From Treponemataceae bacterium (GTDB lineage: Bacteria > Spirochaetota > Spirochaetia > Treponematales > Rectinemataceae): 64,000 bases of DNA. This document shows positions 19,282 through 29,305 of the stretch, one piece after another. The position numbers and the translations under genes are program-made. The first letter of the stretch is position 1. Each line of letters begins with the position of its first letter. The DNA lies in NCBI GenBank assembly GCA_963677895.2, contig CAXXGJ010000025.1, positions 256,001 to 320,000 of the forward strand, read 5' to 3'. The notes below the pieces were generated by a model. The model saw only the letters and a program-made list of their open reading frames with translations. It did no database searches and had not been told where the DNA came from.

Positions 19282-19318
19282 TCCGGCAGCCCACGGGGCG
19301 AAGGGAAAGCTCAAGGCC

Positions 19319-20680
19319 ATGAAAGATCTGACGAAAGGCAACGAAACCAAACAGCTCATAGACTTCGCCATCCCCATGCTCCTCGGCAATATATTCCAGC
19401 AGTTCTACAACATGGTAGACAGCTTCGTGGTCGGCCGCTTCCTCGGCACCACGGCGCTGGCCGCGGTGGGCACCTCCTTTCCCATAATTTTCTTCATGAT
19501 AGCCCTGATATTGGGCGTGACGATGGGCTCTTCCGTCCTCATCTCGCAGTTTTTCGGCGCCAAAGACGAAAGCAATCTCAAGAAAGTCATCTCCACCAGC
19601 TATATTTTCCTTTTCGTCGCCGGGCTGGGGCTGACCTTCATCGGCGTCTTCTCGACGGATTTCATCCTCAGGCTTCTCGCCGTGCCCGACGAGATCATGC
19701 CCGAGGCTTCGGCCTACCTGCGGATCACCTTCCTCGGCATGCTCGCCACCTTCGGCTACAACGCCGTGGCGGCCATGCTCAGGGGCCTCGGGGACTCGAA
19801 GACTCCGCTCTATGTCCTCATCGCCTCGACCCTCATCAACGTCGTCCTCGACCTCGTCTTCGTCGTCGTCTTCAAATGGGGCGTGGCCGGCGCGGCCTGG
19901 GCGACCATCATCTCGCAGGCGATCTCGTTCATCGGAGCCCTCGTCATCCTGGACAAGCGGAACCAGTACGCCAGGCTGGATTTCGCTAACCTGAAGTGGG
20001 ACAGGGCGATCTTCGCGCAGATTCTCAGGATCGGCCTGCCCACGGGCATCCAGCAGACCCTGGTTTCCGTCGGCATGATGGTGCTGTCCAGGATCGTCAA
20101 CGAATTCGGCCCCAACGCGATGGCCGCCTACACGGCGGCTTCCCGCATCGATTCCTTCGCCATGATGCCCGCGATGAACCTCGGGCAGGCGGTGACCACC
20201 TTCGCGGGCCAGAATATCGGCGCGGGGAAGACGGAGCGGGTGCGACGCGGGCATCTTTCGGCGATCGCCGTCAACACGGCCATCTCGCTCGCGATGACAC
20301 TCTGCGTAGTCTTGTTCGGCCGCCCACTGATGGGGATTTTTTCGACCGACCCGGCCGTTGTCGCGATAGGAGCCGAGTACCTTCTCATCGTGGGCATTTT
20401 CTACGTGGTCTTCGGCATAATGTTCATCAACAACGGTGTCATGAGAGGGGCGGGCGACGTGTTCATTCCGATGATCAGCAGCCTTCTCGCGCTCTGGATC
20501 GTCAGGGTGCCATGCGCCCTCCTCTTCACGAGGGTATTCCATATGGGCACCGACGGCATCTGGTGGTCCATTCCCGCCGGATGGGCGGTGGGCTTCGTTT
20601 TTTCTTCCTGGTATTATCTTTCGGGACGCTGGAAGAACAAGAGCATCGTGAAACGGCGCCCTCCGATTTCGGAGGAATGA
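19319..20680 (+). CDS. MATE family efflux transporter
   Basis: FAIPMLLGNIFQQFYNMVDS, LRGLGDSKTPL, GQNIGAG, about 12 TM. Confidence 0.92.
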   Translation: MKDLTKGNETKQLIDFAIPMLLGNIFQQFYNMVDSFVVGRFLGTTALAAVGTSFPIIFFMIALILGVTMGSSVLISQFFGAKDESNLKKVISTSYIFLFVAGLGLTFIGVFSTDFILRLLAVPDEIMPEASAYLRITFLGMLATFGYNAVAAMLRGLGDSKTPLYVLIASTLINVVLDLVFVVVFKWGVAGAAWATIISQAISFIGALVILDKRNQYARLDFANLKWDRAIFAQILRIGLPTGIQQTLVSVGMMVLSRIVNEFGPNAMAAYTAASRIDSFAMMPAMNLGQAVTTFAGQNIGAGKTERVRRGHLSAIAVNTAISLAMTLCVVLFGRPLMGIFSTDPAVVAIGAEYLLIVGIFYVVFGIMFINNGVMRGAGDVFIPMISSLLALWIVRVPCALLFTRVFHMGTDGIWWSIPAGWAVGFVFSSWYYLSGRWKNKSIVKRRPPISEE

Positions 20681-20738
20681 GACCCGCGAGGGGCCGCGAT
20701 CAATTCCCTCGACGTTCAATACATATTATACTGGATCC

Positions 20739-22964
20739 ATGGCAGCACCTCTGTCGCCTAACCGGCTTAGATCCGCCAGGCATAGCTTCAATATATTCAA
20801 CTTCCTCAATTCATTTTCGTTCGTGTTCGTATCGGGTTCCTTCATTACCCTTTTCGCCATCCGCATGGGAGCGTCCAACGCCACGGTCGGCATTCTGAAC
20901 GCCATCGCCTATTCCACTTTTTTCATGATGCCCATCGGCAAGCGCCTCGTCCACAAAAAACCCATTGTATGGATTTTCGGCTGGGCCTGGGTAGCGCGCT
21001 ATACGGCCCTCGTGCCCATACTTTTCGCGCCGCTCTTCGCCGCGAGGGGACACAGCGGCGCGGCTATCGGCCTCCTCATCGCCGGGGCCGCGGGTTTTTC
21101 CTTCTTCAGGGGCGTGGCTCTCATCGGCAACAACCCCGTCGTGGGCTTCCTCGCTTCCGGCGGCGGCGAGAAACCGCGTTCCGACCGCGGCGAATACATG
21201 GTCTCCAATTCCCTCATCAATTCCCTGGCCAGCATGATAGGCGGCCTCCTCGTCTCTCTCTTTCTCGGCGAGCAGGCCAATCCCTGGGTATACGCGCTGG
21301 GCGTGGGCATAGGCATAGCGACGGGATACGCGGGATGCATCCTGCTCCTCCAGACTCCCGAACCCACCGACTATTCGCCCGAAAAACCCAGCTCGCTCAT
21401 GGAAACAGCCAGGGAAGCCATAAAGGAAGAGCCTTTCCGTCGCTTCATCGTCATCTTCATGGCGCTGGCCTTCGTCTCGGGCATGGGCAGGTCCTTCCTG
21501 CCCGTCTACGCGAAGGAAGTCTTCGCCCAAGGCGACGACGCCGTCATGCTCTACGCGCTCATGGCGAGCATCGGGTCGGTCGTGATGGGGCTCATAAGCA
21601 GGCTGGTCGTCGACAGGCTGGGTTCCAAGCCTCTGTTCATAATCTTTTCCGCCATCGGGCTCTTCAGCTTCATACCGATAGCCATCCTGCCCGGCGGCGC
21701 CGTCATCGCCTCCAGCACGGTCACCGCCCTCTTCCTGGCCTTCGTCCACTTCGTCGCCAACTTCGGTTTCGCCGGGGAGGAAAATTCCGGCCAGACCTAT
21801 TATTTCACCCTCGTTCCCAAGGAAAAAACCCTTGACCTCTCGGTGGTCTATTATTTCGCCTATGGCCTGGGGGGAGCGATCGGCTCCGGGGCGGGCGGTC
21901 TCATTCTGGATGGATTCATCGCGCTCGGCTTGAACGCGGCGGGTTCGTACAGGCTGCTCTACGCCATTCTCTGCGTCATTCTCGTCGTCGCCCTCTTTTC
22001 GATGCAGAAACTGAAGCGTCTGGGATCGAGAAGCGTCAGCCAGTCCCTCGGCGTCATGTTCTCGCCGCGCGACCTGAAGGCTTTCGACCTTCTGGCGAGG
22101 CTGGACCGAAGCGAGAATCCCAACCAGGAGATAAAGCTCATCCAGGAGCTGGGCCATTCCATGTCCATGCTTTCCCAGGACGAACTGATCGACTATCTCC
22201 GTTCGCCGCGCTTCGAAGTGCGGATGGAAGCCCTCCTCGCCTTCGAAACCATGCCGCATCTTTCGCCCAAGGTAATCCGCTCGCTCATGAGGGAAGCGGA
22301 AACGCACACCTTCACGACTTCCTATGTCGCCGCCAGGATATTGGGCAAAAGCCAGAGCCCCGACGCCATACCCGCGCTCCGCAAGGCGATGGAAGCCGAA
22401 GACTACATGCTCCAGGGAACGGCGATGATCGCGCTGGCCAAAATCGGCGATGTCGACTCCATTCCCCTCATCGAATCCATCCTGACGAGGACCCGGAACC
22501 CGCGCGTGAAGATCTCGGCCGTCGTGGCCCTGGAACTGATGCAGTCCAAGGCTTCCCTGCCCGTGCTCGTATCGAGCCTGAGAAGGGACGATCCGCCGGC
22601 CTTCGTCTCCGACGAGATAATACTGGCCATGGCCAGCATCATGGGCATAATGAAGGAATTCTATCCGCTCTACTCTATGTTCACGGAAGATGAGGCCCAG
22701 GGATTGGCCCTGCTCGAATCCACGGCCAGGGACATCATCGTCGACGAAAGGACGATGGAAGAATGGAAGGATGGGGTAACGAGGATTTTCGATCCCGTGG
22801 AACCGGACGGAAGGAAGATCGCCTCATTCATCATACGGACGGGAAACGATCCCCGGACGGAAGTCGTGCTCGGGGAGGCGATGCTGGAAGCTCAGCTATG
22901 CTACAGCGGGGGAAGGTTTCTCGCGGCCGCCTATCCTCTCTTCGTGAAACATAGGGGCCCTTGA
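20739..22964 (+). CDS. MFS transporter fused to C-terminal HEAT-repeat domain
   Basis: About 12 TM with VDRLGSK motif in first ~420 aa; then FEVRMEAL, AARILG, AIPAL, ALAKIGD HEAT-like helices. Confidence 0.8.
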   Translation: MAAPLSPNRLRSARHSFNIFNFLNSFSFVFVSGSFITLFAIRMGASNATVGILNAIAYSTFFMMPIGKRLVHKKPIVWIFGWAWVARYTALVPILFAPLFAARGHSGAAIGLLIAGAAGFSFFRGVALIGNNPVVGFLASGGGEKPRSDRGEYMVSNSLINSLASMIGGLLVSLFLGEQANPWVYALGVGIGIATGYAGCILLLQTPEPTDYSPEKPSSLMETAREAIKEEPFRRFIVIFMALAFVSGMGRSFLPVYAKEVFAQGDDAVMLYALMASIGSVVMGLISRLVVDRLGSKPLFIIFSAIGLFSFIPIAILPGGAVIASSTVTALFLAFVHFVANFGFAGEENSGQTYYFTLVPKEKTLDLSVVYYFAYGLGGAIGSGAGGLILDGFIALGLNAAGSYRLLYAILCVILVVALFSMQKLKRLGSRSVSQSLGVMFSPRDLKAFDLLARLDRSENPNQEIKLIQELGHSMSMLSQDELIDYLRSPRFEVRMEALLAFETMPHLSPKVIRSLMREAETHTFTTSYVAARILGKSQSPDAIPALRKAMEAEDYMLQGTAMIALAKIGDVDSIPLIESILTRTRNPRVKISAVVALELMQSKASLPVLVSSLRRDDPPAFVSDEIILAMASIMGIMKEFYPLYSMFTEDEAQGLALLESTARDIIVDERTMEEWKDGVTRIFDPVEPDGRKIASFIIRTGNDPRTEVVLGEAMLEAQLCYSGGRFLAAAYPLFVKHRGP

Positions 22965-22980
22965 GATCGGATAGGGAAAA

Positions 22981-23274
22981 TCAGGCGAGCTCTATGGCCC
23001 GCTTTTCGGGATCGGGATTCTGTTTGTAGAAAATCGCCGTATTGCCGATGATCCGCACGAGTTCGCTCTTGGTCGAGACGGCCAGATCGGCCGCTATAGT
23101 CTTCTTCTCTTCCTTGAAATCCATGAATTTCACCTTGATGAGCTCGTGCTGCGCGAGGAGCGCGGCAAGTTGCTGGACAAAGGCCGCGGTAGGTCCGCCT
23201 TTGCCGAGATGAGTCACGACCGCGTCCGTGGACGCCATTCCTGCGAGATAGCTTCGTTGCTTGGTGCTTAACAT
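22981..23274 (-). CDS. yhbY: YhbY/CRM RNA-binding protein
   Basis: LSTKQRSYL, LGKGG, HELIKVK, IIGNTAIFYK. Confidence 0.88.
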   Translation of the reverse strand: MLSTKQRSYLAGMASTDAVVTHLGKGGPTAAFVQQLAALLAQHELIKVKFMDFKEEKKTIAADLAVSTKSELVRIIGNTAIFYKQNPDPEKRAIELA

Positions 23275-23289
23275 ATGGGTTCCTCCATG

Positions 23290-23883
23290 TCAGAAAGGCA
23301 GGGAAAGAAGCAGGGAGCCGAAAATCTTCACCAAGGCGCCGCCCGCCGCCCTGAAAAGGATCAGGACAAGGAAGCCGGTGATGAGGCCCTGCAGGTAATC
23401 GATGGCCTTGTTGCGATATATGACTTTATTGATGCGATAGAGTATGGGATTGAGGATGGCGTCCACGACCACCCATACGGGATGGAGACTGTTCCAGCGG
23501 GCGACGAACACGATGATCCTGACGAGGGCGCAGGCGGAAACGAAGGAAAGAACGAAGGAGAGGGCGGACCAGCCGGCGCCGAGGATGAGGCTGAGAAAGA
23601 AGCCAAAGGTGATTTTGCCCGAGAAGGCGATGGTGGTGAACATGTTGTTGGCCACGGAGAGGACGGCCAATGCCGCGATGGGGCTGAAATCGAATCGTTC
23701 CGTCCTGAACAGTTTTATCCCCGAAAACACCCTTAAAAAGGGATCGACGATGGAAGCGAGCAGGTCTCCCGCCCTTCCCATATTCAGGCCGGGCGCCCAG
23801 GCCATGAAGACGCGCAGCGCGCAGAGAAGCATGTACAGGGAGGTAACCGCTCCCAAAATTTTCGCGATGATGCTGAGAAGCAT
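23290..23883 (-). CDS. YggT family membrane protein (two repeats)
   Basis: VDPFLRVF...DFSPIAAL and a second ILNPIL repeat. Confidence 0.8.
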   Translation of the reverse strand: MLLSIIAKILGAVTSLYMLLCALRVFMAWAPGLNMGRAGDLLASIVDPFLRVFSGIKLFRTERFDFSPIAALAVLSVANNMFTTIAFSGKITFGFFLSLILGAGWSALSFVLSFVSACALVRIIVFVARWNSLHPVWVVVDAILNPILYRINKVIYRNKAIDYLQGLITGFLVLILFRAAGGALVKIFGSLLLSLPF

Positions 23884-24048
23884 TGAGCAAGCCTCCGAAA
23901 AAAGTGTCGGCCGCGATCGTTCCGCGCCGCGGGAAAATTCCCGCCCCAGGCGGAAACAGTTTCGTTAAAAGATATACACAATCCCGCATTTGAGCAACTG
24001 TTTCAAAACGCTCCGGAGCATGGTAGAATCGGCCAAGGGAGAGGCTGA

Positions 24049-24846
24049 ATGGAAGGGAACCGCTTCTACATCGGCACATGCGGCTATTCCTACGAAGACT
24101 GGCGCGAACTGTTCTATCCCAAGGACCTGCGCCAGACGGAATTCCTGCGCTTCTACTCCCTCGTGTTTCCCTTCGTCGAACTGGACTTCTCCTGGTACGC
24201 GATGCCCAGGCCAGAGAATCTCGAGGCCATGGCCAGGCAGACCAATCCCGACTTTCTTTTTTCGCTCAAGGCGCACAAAAGCCTGACCCATGAGATCGGC
24301 GAAGAATGGCGGAAGGACGCCGATCAGTTCGCGACGGCGGCGAAGGTCCTGGCATCCCAGGGGAGGCTCGCCTCCATCCTCATACAGCTTCCCTATCGCT
24401 TCTCCTATACGGCTGACAACAGAAGATATCTGGGCGAGCTGTGTTCGGCGCTTTCGGCCTTTCCCCTGGTCGTCGAATTCAGGAATGAGGTCTGGTACCA
24501 GCAAAGAGTTTTCGACGAGCTCGCGAAAAGGAACATAACGCTTGCCATGCTGGACAGGCCCGATCTTCCGGGGCTTCCCCCCGAATCGCAGATTCACACC
24601 TCAAGCATGGCTTATTACCGTCTTCATGGAAGAAATGCCGATCAGTGGTGGAACGGAAACGCCACATCCCGCTACGACTACGACTACTCGGCTCAGGAAC
24701 TCAAGGAAAGGGCCCGTTCGCTCATCGCCATCGCGCAGAAATCGGAACAGGTTTTCGTCGCTTTCAACAATCACGCGAGAGGGAACGCGGTGAAGAACGC
24801 CCGCGCCCTGATCGCCCTCATAAAGGAACTTTTCATTCAGGCATGA
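24049..24846 (+). CDS. DUF72 (YecE) family protein
   Basis: IGTCGYSYEDW, FSLKAH, QLPY, VEFRN, YYRLHGRN, FNNH; extended -10 TGGTAGAAT upstream. Confidence 0.9.
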   Translation: MEGNRFYIGTCGYSYEDWRELFYPKDLRQTEFLRFYSLVFPFVELDFSWYAMPRPENLEAMARQTNPDFLFSLKAHKSLTHEIGEEWRKDADQFATAAKVLASQGRLASILIQLPYRFSYTADNRRYLGELCSALSAFPLVVEFRNEVWYQQRVFDELAKRNITLAMLDRPDLPGLPPESQIHTSSMAYYRLHGRNADQWWNGNATSRYDYDYSAQELKERARSLIAIAQKSEQVFVAFNNHARGNAVKNARALIALIKELFIQA

Positions 24847-25231
24847 GCTGGGGTGTGTTCAGGCATTTATCGAAACTTTCGCGCGATCCGAGATTCTCCT
24901 TGCGGAATATCAGGCAGCCTTCCATGCCGAGCACCATGAGGACGACGCGGTCCAGCGCTTCGGAATTCAAGGAAAGGAGGTTCCAGAGACAATCCCTGCC
25001 CCTTTCTTCGGCTATCGTCCTGACGATGAGTTCCAGATAGCCGCCTTCGTGAAGAACGGCGGAGATCCAGCCTGTTTTCTTGACGAATTCGGCGGTGTTC
25101 GTCGCGCCGGAGGCAATCGCCGGATGGGAAGATATCCAGGAGCTGTGGAAACCCGGAATTTTGATGACCCTGCCGTCGGGCAGGATCCACGAAGCCCCAT
25201 GGGCCAGGTCGTAGAGTTTAGTGGGAGCCAT
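24833..25231 (-). CDS. Hypothetical protein (132 aa)
   Basis: TGATG coupling to RluA stop; globular composition; WILPDG...GFH...W pattern. Confidence 0.65.
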   Translation of the reverse strand: MAPTKLYDLAHGASWILPDGRVIKIPGFHSSWISSHPAIASGATNTAEFVKKTGWISAVLHEGGYLELIVRTIAEERGRDCLWNLLSLNSEALDRVVLMVLGMEGCLIFRKENLGSRESFDKCLNTPQLMPE

Positions 25232-26001
25232 CAGCGCGCCTCTCTTGTTTTGATATCGGTCATCGGGGAATCATTGGATATGGCAGGAATGTCGGATATG
25301 GCCGGGGCGTCGGATATGACAGGGGCGTCGGGACAGCGCCCGAGAAAATCGGAAAAATGCGGCGGAAGGGAAGAACGCAGCGGCGGGTATCCCGGAATCT
25401 CCAGCCTGCAAGCCCAAAGGAGAAGGCGTTTTACGCCCATCGTTTTTTTCAATTGCCTGTTCAACGAGAAATTGCCATACTTGTCGTCGCCGAGGATGGG
25501 ATGTCCGTGCATGGCCATATGCCGCCTTATCTGATGGGTGCGCCCGCTCCCCAATTCCAGTTCGAGAAGGGAATAGGCGGGCGCCGCGCTTGCCTTGGCA
25601 CCGGGCGTGGCGCCTGCCTCGGCGTCCTGTGTCGAGCCGAATCGGGCCAGGCAGGTATAACGGGTCAGGGCGCTCAGGTTTTTCCCTCCGATGGAGAGGT
25701 CATCGGTATAGCTCCCCCTGTCGCGGGAGGGCGATCCGAAACAGATGGCGCGATAGAATTTGCCGATGCCGCGTTCGCCGAGGAGGATCGACCAGCGCGA
25801 AGCCGCGGAGGCGTTCTTGGCCAGCATCATGCAACCGGCGGTTTCCTTGTCCAGGCGGTGGATGGGAAAGGGGCTGAAACCCAGCTCGCTTTCCACGACG
25901 GAAATCACCGAACTTCCGACGCGTTCGCCCGGCTGCGCCGGCAGTCCGGCAGGTTTGTCGACAATGAGGATTTCGTCGTTCTCGAAAAGGATTGGAATCA
26001 T
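25231..26001 (-). CDS. RluA/RluC family pseudouridine synthase
   Basis: VDKPAGL, IHRLDKETAG (catalytic Asp), GRTHQIRRH, PILGDDKYG; start ATG 26001. Confidence 0.9.
   Translation of the reverse strand: MIPILFENDEILIVDKPAGLPAQPGERVGSSVISVVESELGFSPFPIHRLDKETAGCMMLAKNASAASRWSILLGERGIGKFYRAICFGSPSRDRGSYTDDLSIGGKNLSALTRYTCLARFGSTQDAEAGATPGAKASAAPAYSLLELELGSGRTHQIRRHMAMHGHPILGDDKYGNFSLNRQLKKTMGVKRLLLWACRLEIPGYPPLRSSLPPHFSDFLGRCPDAPVISDAPAISDIPAISNDSPMTDIKTREAR
25276..25329. repeat. 3 x 18-bp imperfect tandem repeat in RluA C-terminal tail
   Basis: GGATATGGCAGGAATGTC / GGATATGGCCGGGGCGTC / GGATATGACAGGGGCGTC. Confidence 0.8.
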
Positions 26002-26203
26002 CAACGACAAGCGTACCGGAGATACCGGGCAATTTGCAAGCGTATAACCTATAATTGATGGGGTATTCGGCATGGCTGGGGACAGGAGGAAAGCATGGAG
26101 CACGCGAATAGTATCCATTGAATGGTATTTTGCTTATATTACTATATTATACCGTATTGCGCATTTGATGCAGTTTTGCTACATTTCAAACAAGAGGCTT
26201 ACT

Positions 26204-28342
26204 ATGAAAACACGTCGTTCAATCCTGTTACTCGTACTGCTCTTCGCCGCCGGGGCTTTCGCCTGGGCGGGAGAGGCTAAAGAAGCGGACCTGACGTCGC
26301 AGATGACCATCCTCGTGCTCCAGCTCGCGGTCGTTCTGTTCGCGGTGCGGGGAGGCGGAGCCCTCGCCCAGCTGCTCAAGCTGCCCTCGGTCATAGGGGA
26401 ACTCCTGGCCGGTGTCCTCATTGGACCCTACGCGCTCGGCGCCCTTCCCCTGCCCGGCTTCATCGATGGGCTCTTCCCGCTTCCGTCGGGATTCGCCATC
26501 AGTCCCGTGCTCTACGCTTTTTCCACCGTGGCATCCATCATTCTGCTCTTCTCGTCCGGCCTTGAGACGGACATAGACATGCTCCTGCACTACTCGCTCG
26601 CGGGCGGCATCGTGGGCCTGGGCGGCGTCATCGCCTCCTTCGGCTTCGGGGCCGGCGTGGGCGCCCTCCTCCTGCATCAGTCCTTCTTCTCGCCGGCCGC
26701 CATGTTTCTCGGCATCATGAGCACGGCCACCTCGGTGGGCATAACGGCGAGGATCCTATCCGACAGGAAAAAAATGGATTCGCCCGAGGGCGTGACGATT
26801 CTCGCGGCCGCTGTCTTCGATGACGTCCTCGGCATCGTATGCCTGGCCGTCGTGATGGGCATCGTCGCGGCGATGACGGGTCACGCGGAGGGAGGACTTT
26901 CCACGATGAGCATCGTGGGCATCGCGCTCAAGGCCTTCGGAATTTGGCTGGGATTCACCGCCCTCGGTCTCGTCTTCGGCAAGAAAATCTCCGGTCTCCT
27001 CAAAAAACTGGGCGGCCAGGCTTCCTATTCGGTGCTCGCCCTGGGCATAGCCCTCCTCCTCGCGGGATTCTTCGAGACCCAGGGACTCGCGATGATCATC
27101 GGCGCCTACATCGTCGGCATCAGCCTCTCGAAGACGGACATCGCCTATCTCATCCAGGACAAGACGAAGCCGCTCTACGACTTCTTCGTCCCCATATTCT
27201 TCGCCATCATGGGCATGCTCGTCGATGTCAGGCAGATCCTCAATCCATCCGTCCTCGTCTTCGGACTCGCCTACACGCTGGCCGCCGTCCTCGCGAAGGT
27301 CCTCGGCTGCGGCCTTCCCGCCCTCTTCCTCGGCTTCAACCCGAGAGGCTCGCTGCGCATCGGCATCGGCATGGTGCCCCGCGGCGAAGTGGCGCTCATC
27401 GTCGCCGGCATAGGCCTTTCGGGCGGCATCCTCGATCCCTCGATGTTCGGGGTGGCCATCCTCATGATCATGGTCACGAGCATCGTGGCGCCTCCCCTGT
27501 TCAGCGCGACCATCTCCAGCGGAGGGGCCGGGACGCGCAAGCCGGCCAAGGGTTCCAAGACCGAATCCATCAGCATCCAGCTTCCCGGCAATGAAATCAC
27601 CGAGCTGGTGTCTTCAACCTTCCTCAGGGACCTGCAGCGCGAGGGTTTCTTCGTCCAGCTCATGAGCATCAGGGACGAGATCAGCCACATCCGCAAGGGC
27701 GATGTTTCCATATCCCTCGTGACGAACAAAAACGAAATAACCCTCGAAACGGCGCCCGAGGACATGTCCTTCGCCAAGGCCGCCCTCTACGAAACCCTTG
27801 TGAAGCTGGACGCCAATTTCGACAAGCTCAAGGAAATCTACGATCCGGAAAAATTCCGCACCGACATCCATGTCGAATCCGGACGCAAGGACACGACATT
27901 CAGACGCCTTCTCAACCCCCGCTGCGTGACGGCCTCGCTCAAGGGGACTACCAAGCAGGAAGTGATCGAGGAATTGATTGGGATGCTGGACATGGCCGGC
28001 TATATCAAGGACCGGAACATGATCCTGGCTGATATCATGGAGCGCGAGGGCAGGATGAGCACCGGCATGGAACACGGCATAGCCCTGCCCCATGCGAGGA
28101 CCTACGGCATCAAGGCGCAGACGCTGGCTATCGGAATCCACAAGGAAGGCATCGACTTCGGCACGATAGACGGCACGCCCGGAAGGATCATCGCCCTGAT
28201 CGCCAGCCCCGCCGACGACGAGGCGCCGCACATGCAGATTCTGGCCAGCCTGGGCGCGGTGCTGGGCGACGACGACACGAGGCGCCGCCTCATAGCCGCC
28301 GAGACCGACCAGGAAGTTTTCAAGATCCTGACTACCGGCTGA
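26204..28342 (+). CDS. CPA2 cation:proton antiporter fused to PTS EIIA-type domain
   Basis: GELLAGVLIGP, ATSVGIT, AAVFDDVLG, GMVPRGEVA; C-terminal REGRMSTGMEHGIALPHAR. Confidence 0.88.
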   Translation: MKTRRSILLLVLLFAAGAFAWAGEAKEADLTSQMTILVLQLAVVLFAVRGGGALAQLLKLPSVIGELLAGVLIGPYALGALPLPGFIDGLFPLPSGFAISPVLYAFSTVASIILLFSSGLETDIDMLLHYSLAGGIVGLGGVIASFGFGAGVGALLLHQSFFSPAAMFLGIMSTATSVGITARILSDRKKMDSPEGVTILAAAVFDDVLGIVCLAVVMGIVAAMTGHAEGGLSTMSIVGIALKAFGIWLGFTALGLVFGKKISGLLKKLGGQASYSVLALGIALLLAGFFETQGLAMIIGAYIVGISLSKTDIAYLIQDKTKPLYDFFVPIFFAIMGMLVDVRQILNPSVLVFGLAYTLAAVLAKVLGCGLPALFLGFNPRGSLRIGIGMVPRGEVALIVAGIGLSGGILDPSMFGVAILMIMVTSIVAPPLFSATISSGGAGTRKPAKGSKTESISIQLPGNEITELVSSTFLRDLQREGFFVQLMSIRDEISHIRKGDVSISLVTNKNEITLETAPEDMSFAKAALYETLVKLDANFDKLKEIYDPEKFRTDIHVESGRKDTTFRRLLNPRCVTASLKGTTKQEVIEELIGMLDMAGYIKDRNMILADIMEREGRMSTGMEHGIALPHARTYGIKAQTLAIGIHKEGIDFGTIDGTPGRIIALIASPADDEAPHMQILASLGAVLGDDDTRRRLIAAETDQEVFKILTTG

Positions 28343-29210
28343 AATCCTTTTTCGAGGTCGCCAGATAGACACCAGCTATCGCCGCAACCCCTCCCGCCAG
28401 CTGGAGGGGGGCGAGCCGCTCGCCCAGGATGAAAAATGAGGCGACGACGGACACGACGGGGACGAGGTTGACGAAAACGCTCGAGCGGCTCGTCCCCAGC
28501 TCGTCCAGCACGATGACATAAAGCCAGTAGCCGACAGCCGAGGCGAGGACGCCGAGAAAAAGCACATTCATCACCAGGGGGAATGTAAGCCGCAGGTCGC
28601 TTGGCCCCTCCACCAGGACGAAGGGAACGCAGCCCACCATCCCGAAGAATATCTGCCAGAATGTGATCGAAAGAAGCGAGTATTTTCCGGCTATCGGCTT
28701 GGTGACGAAGGTGTAGGCCACCCATGATACGGCGGCCCCGACCATGAAAAAGTATCCATCGGGCGAAGATCGCGCCGCTTCGGAACGGAAGACGATCAGG
28801 GCGACGCCCACGAAAGACAGCACTATCCCGGCCGACACGGCAAAAGTGATCTTCCTGCGGAAAAACACCATGTCGACGAGCAGGGTGAGGATGGGAATCG
28901 TGCCCACGATGATGGACGATTCGGAGGCCGAGAGCCTCATGATCCCGTTGTTTTCAAAAAAGAAATAGAGCGAGATGCCCACGAAGCCGCTGGCGGCGAT
29001 CAGCGGAAGGTCCTTCCAGCGGATGGTGAGCGTCGTTTTCGTCATCCATGCTATCGGCGGCAGCAGGAGCGTGGCGATGATGAAGCGAAGGAGGGCCAGA
29101 GTCATCGGCCTGACCTCGTCGACGATCACTTTCGTCGACAGAAAAGTCAAACCCCATATGACTGCCACGGCGACGCCGGCCAGAGGGGCAAGAGAGCTTT
29201 TTTTCTTCAT
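28332..29210 (-). CDS. DMT/EamA family transporter
   Basis: IWGLTF, LRFIIA, NLVPVVSV, LGERL; about 10 TM. Confidence 0.9.
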   Translation of the reverse strand: MKKKSSLAPLAGVAVAVIWGLTFLSTKVIVDEVRPMTLALLRFIIATLLLPPIAWMTKTTLTIRWKDLPLIAASGFVGISLYFFFENNGIMRLSASESSIIVGTIPILTLLVDMVFFRRKITFAVSAGIVLSFVGVALIVFRSEAARSSPDGYFFMVGAAVSWVAYTFVTKPIAGKYSLLSITFWQIFFGMVGCVPFVLVEGPSDLRLTFPLVMNVLFLGVLASAVGYWLYVIVLDELGTSRSSVFVNLVPVVSVVASFFILGERLAPLQLAGGVAAIAGVYLATSKKDFSR

Positions 29211-29290
29211 TGCGCTACTGTATACCCTTGGGAACAGGGTCTGTCCATACCTCAATCAGGCGATCCATCCTGTCCGCGGCGACGCTTTCA

Positions 29291-29299
29291 TGCTATAAT
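29291..29299 (+). promoter_or_regulatory. Extended -10 promoter, likely leaderless hutH start
   Basis: TGCTATAAT 6 nt before ATG 29306; no SD. Confidence 0.65.
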
Positions 29300-29305
29300 T
29301 TTTCT

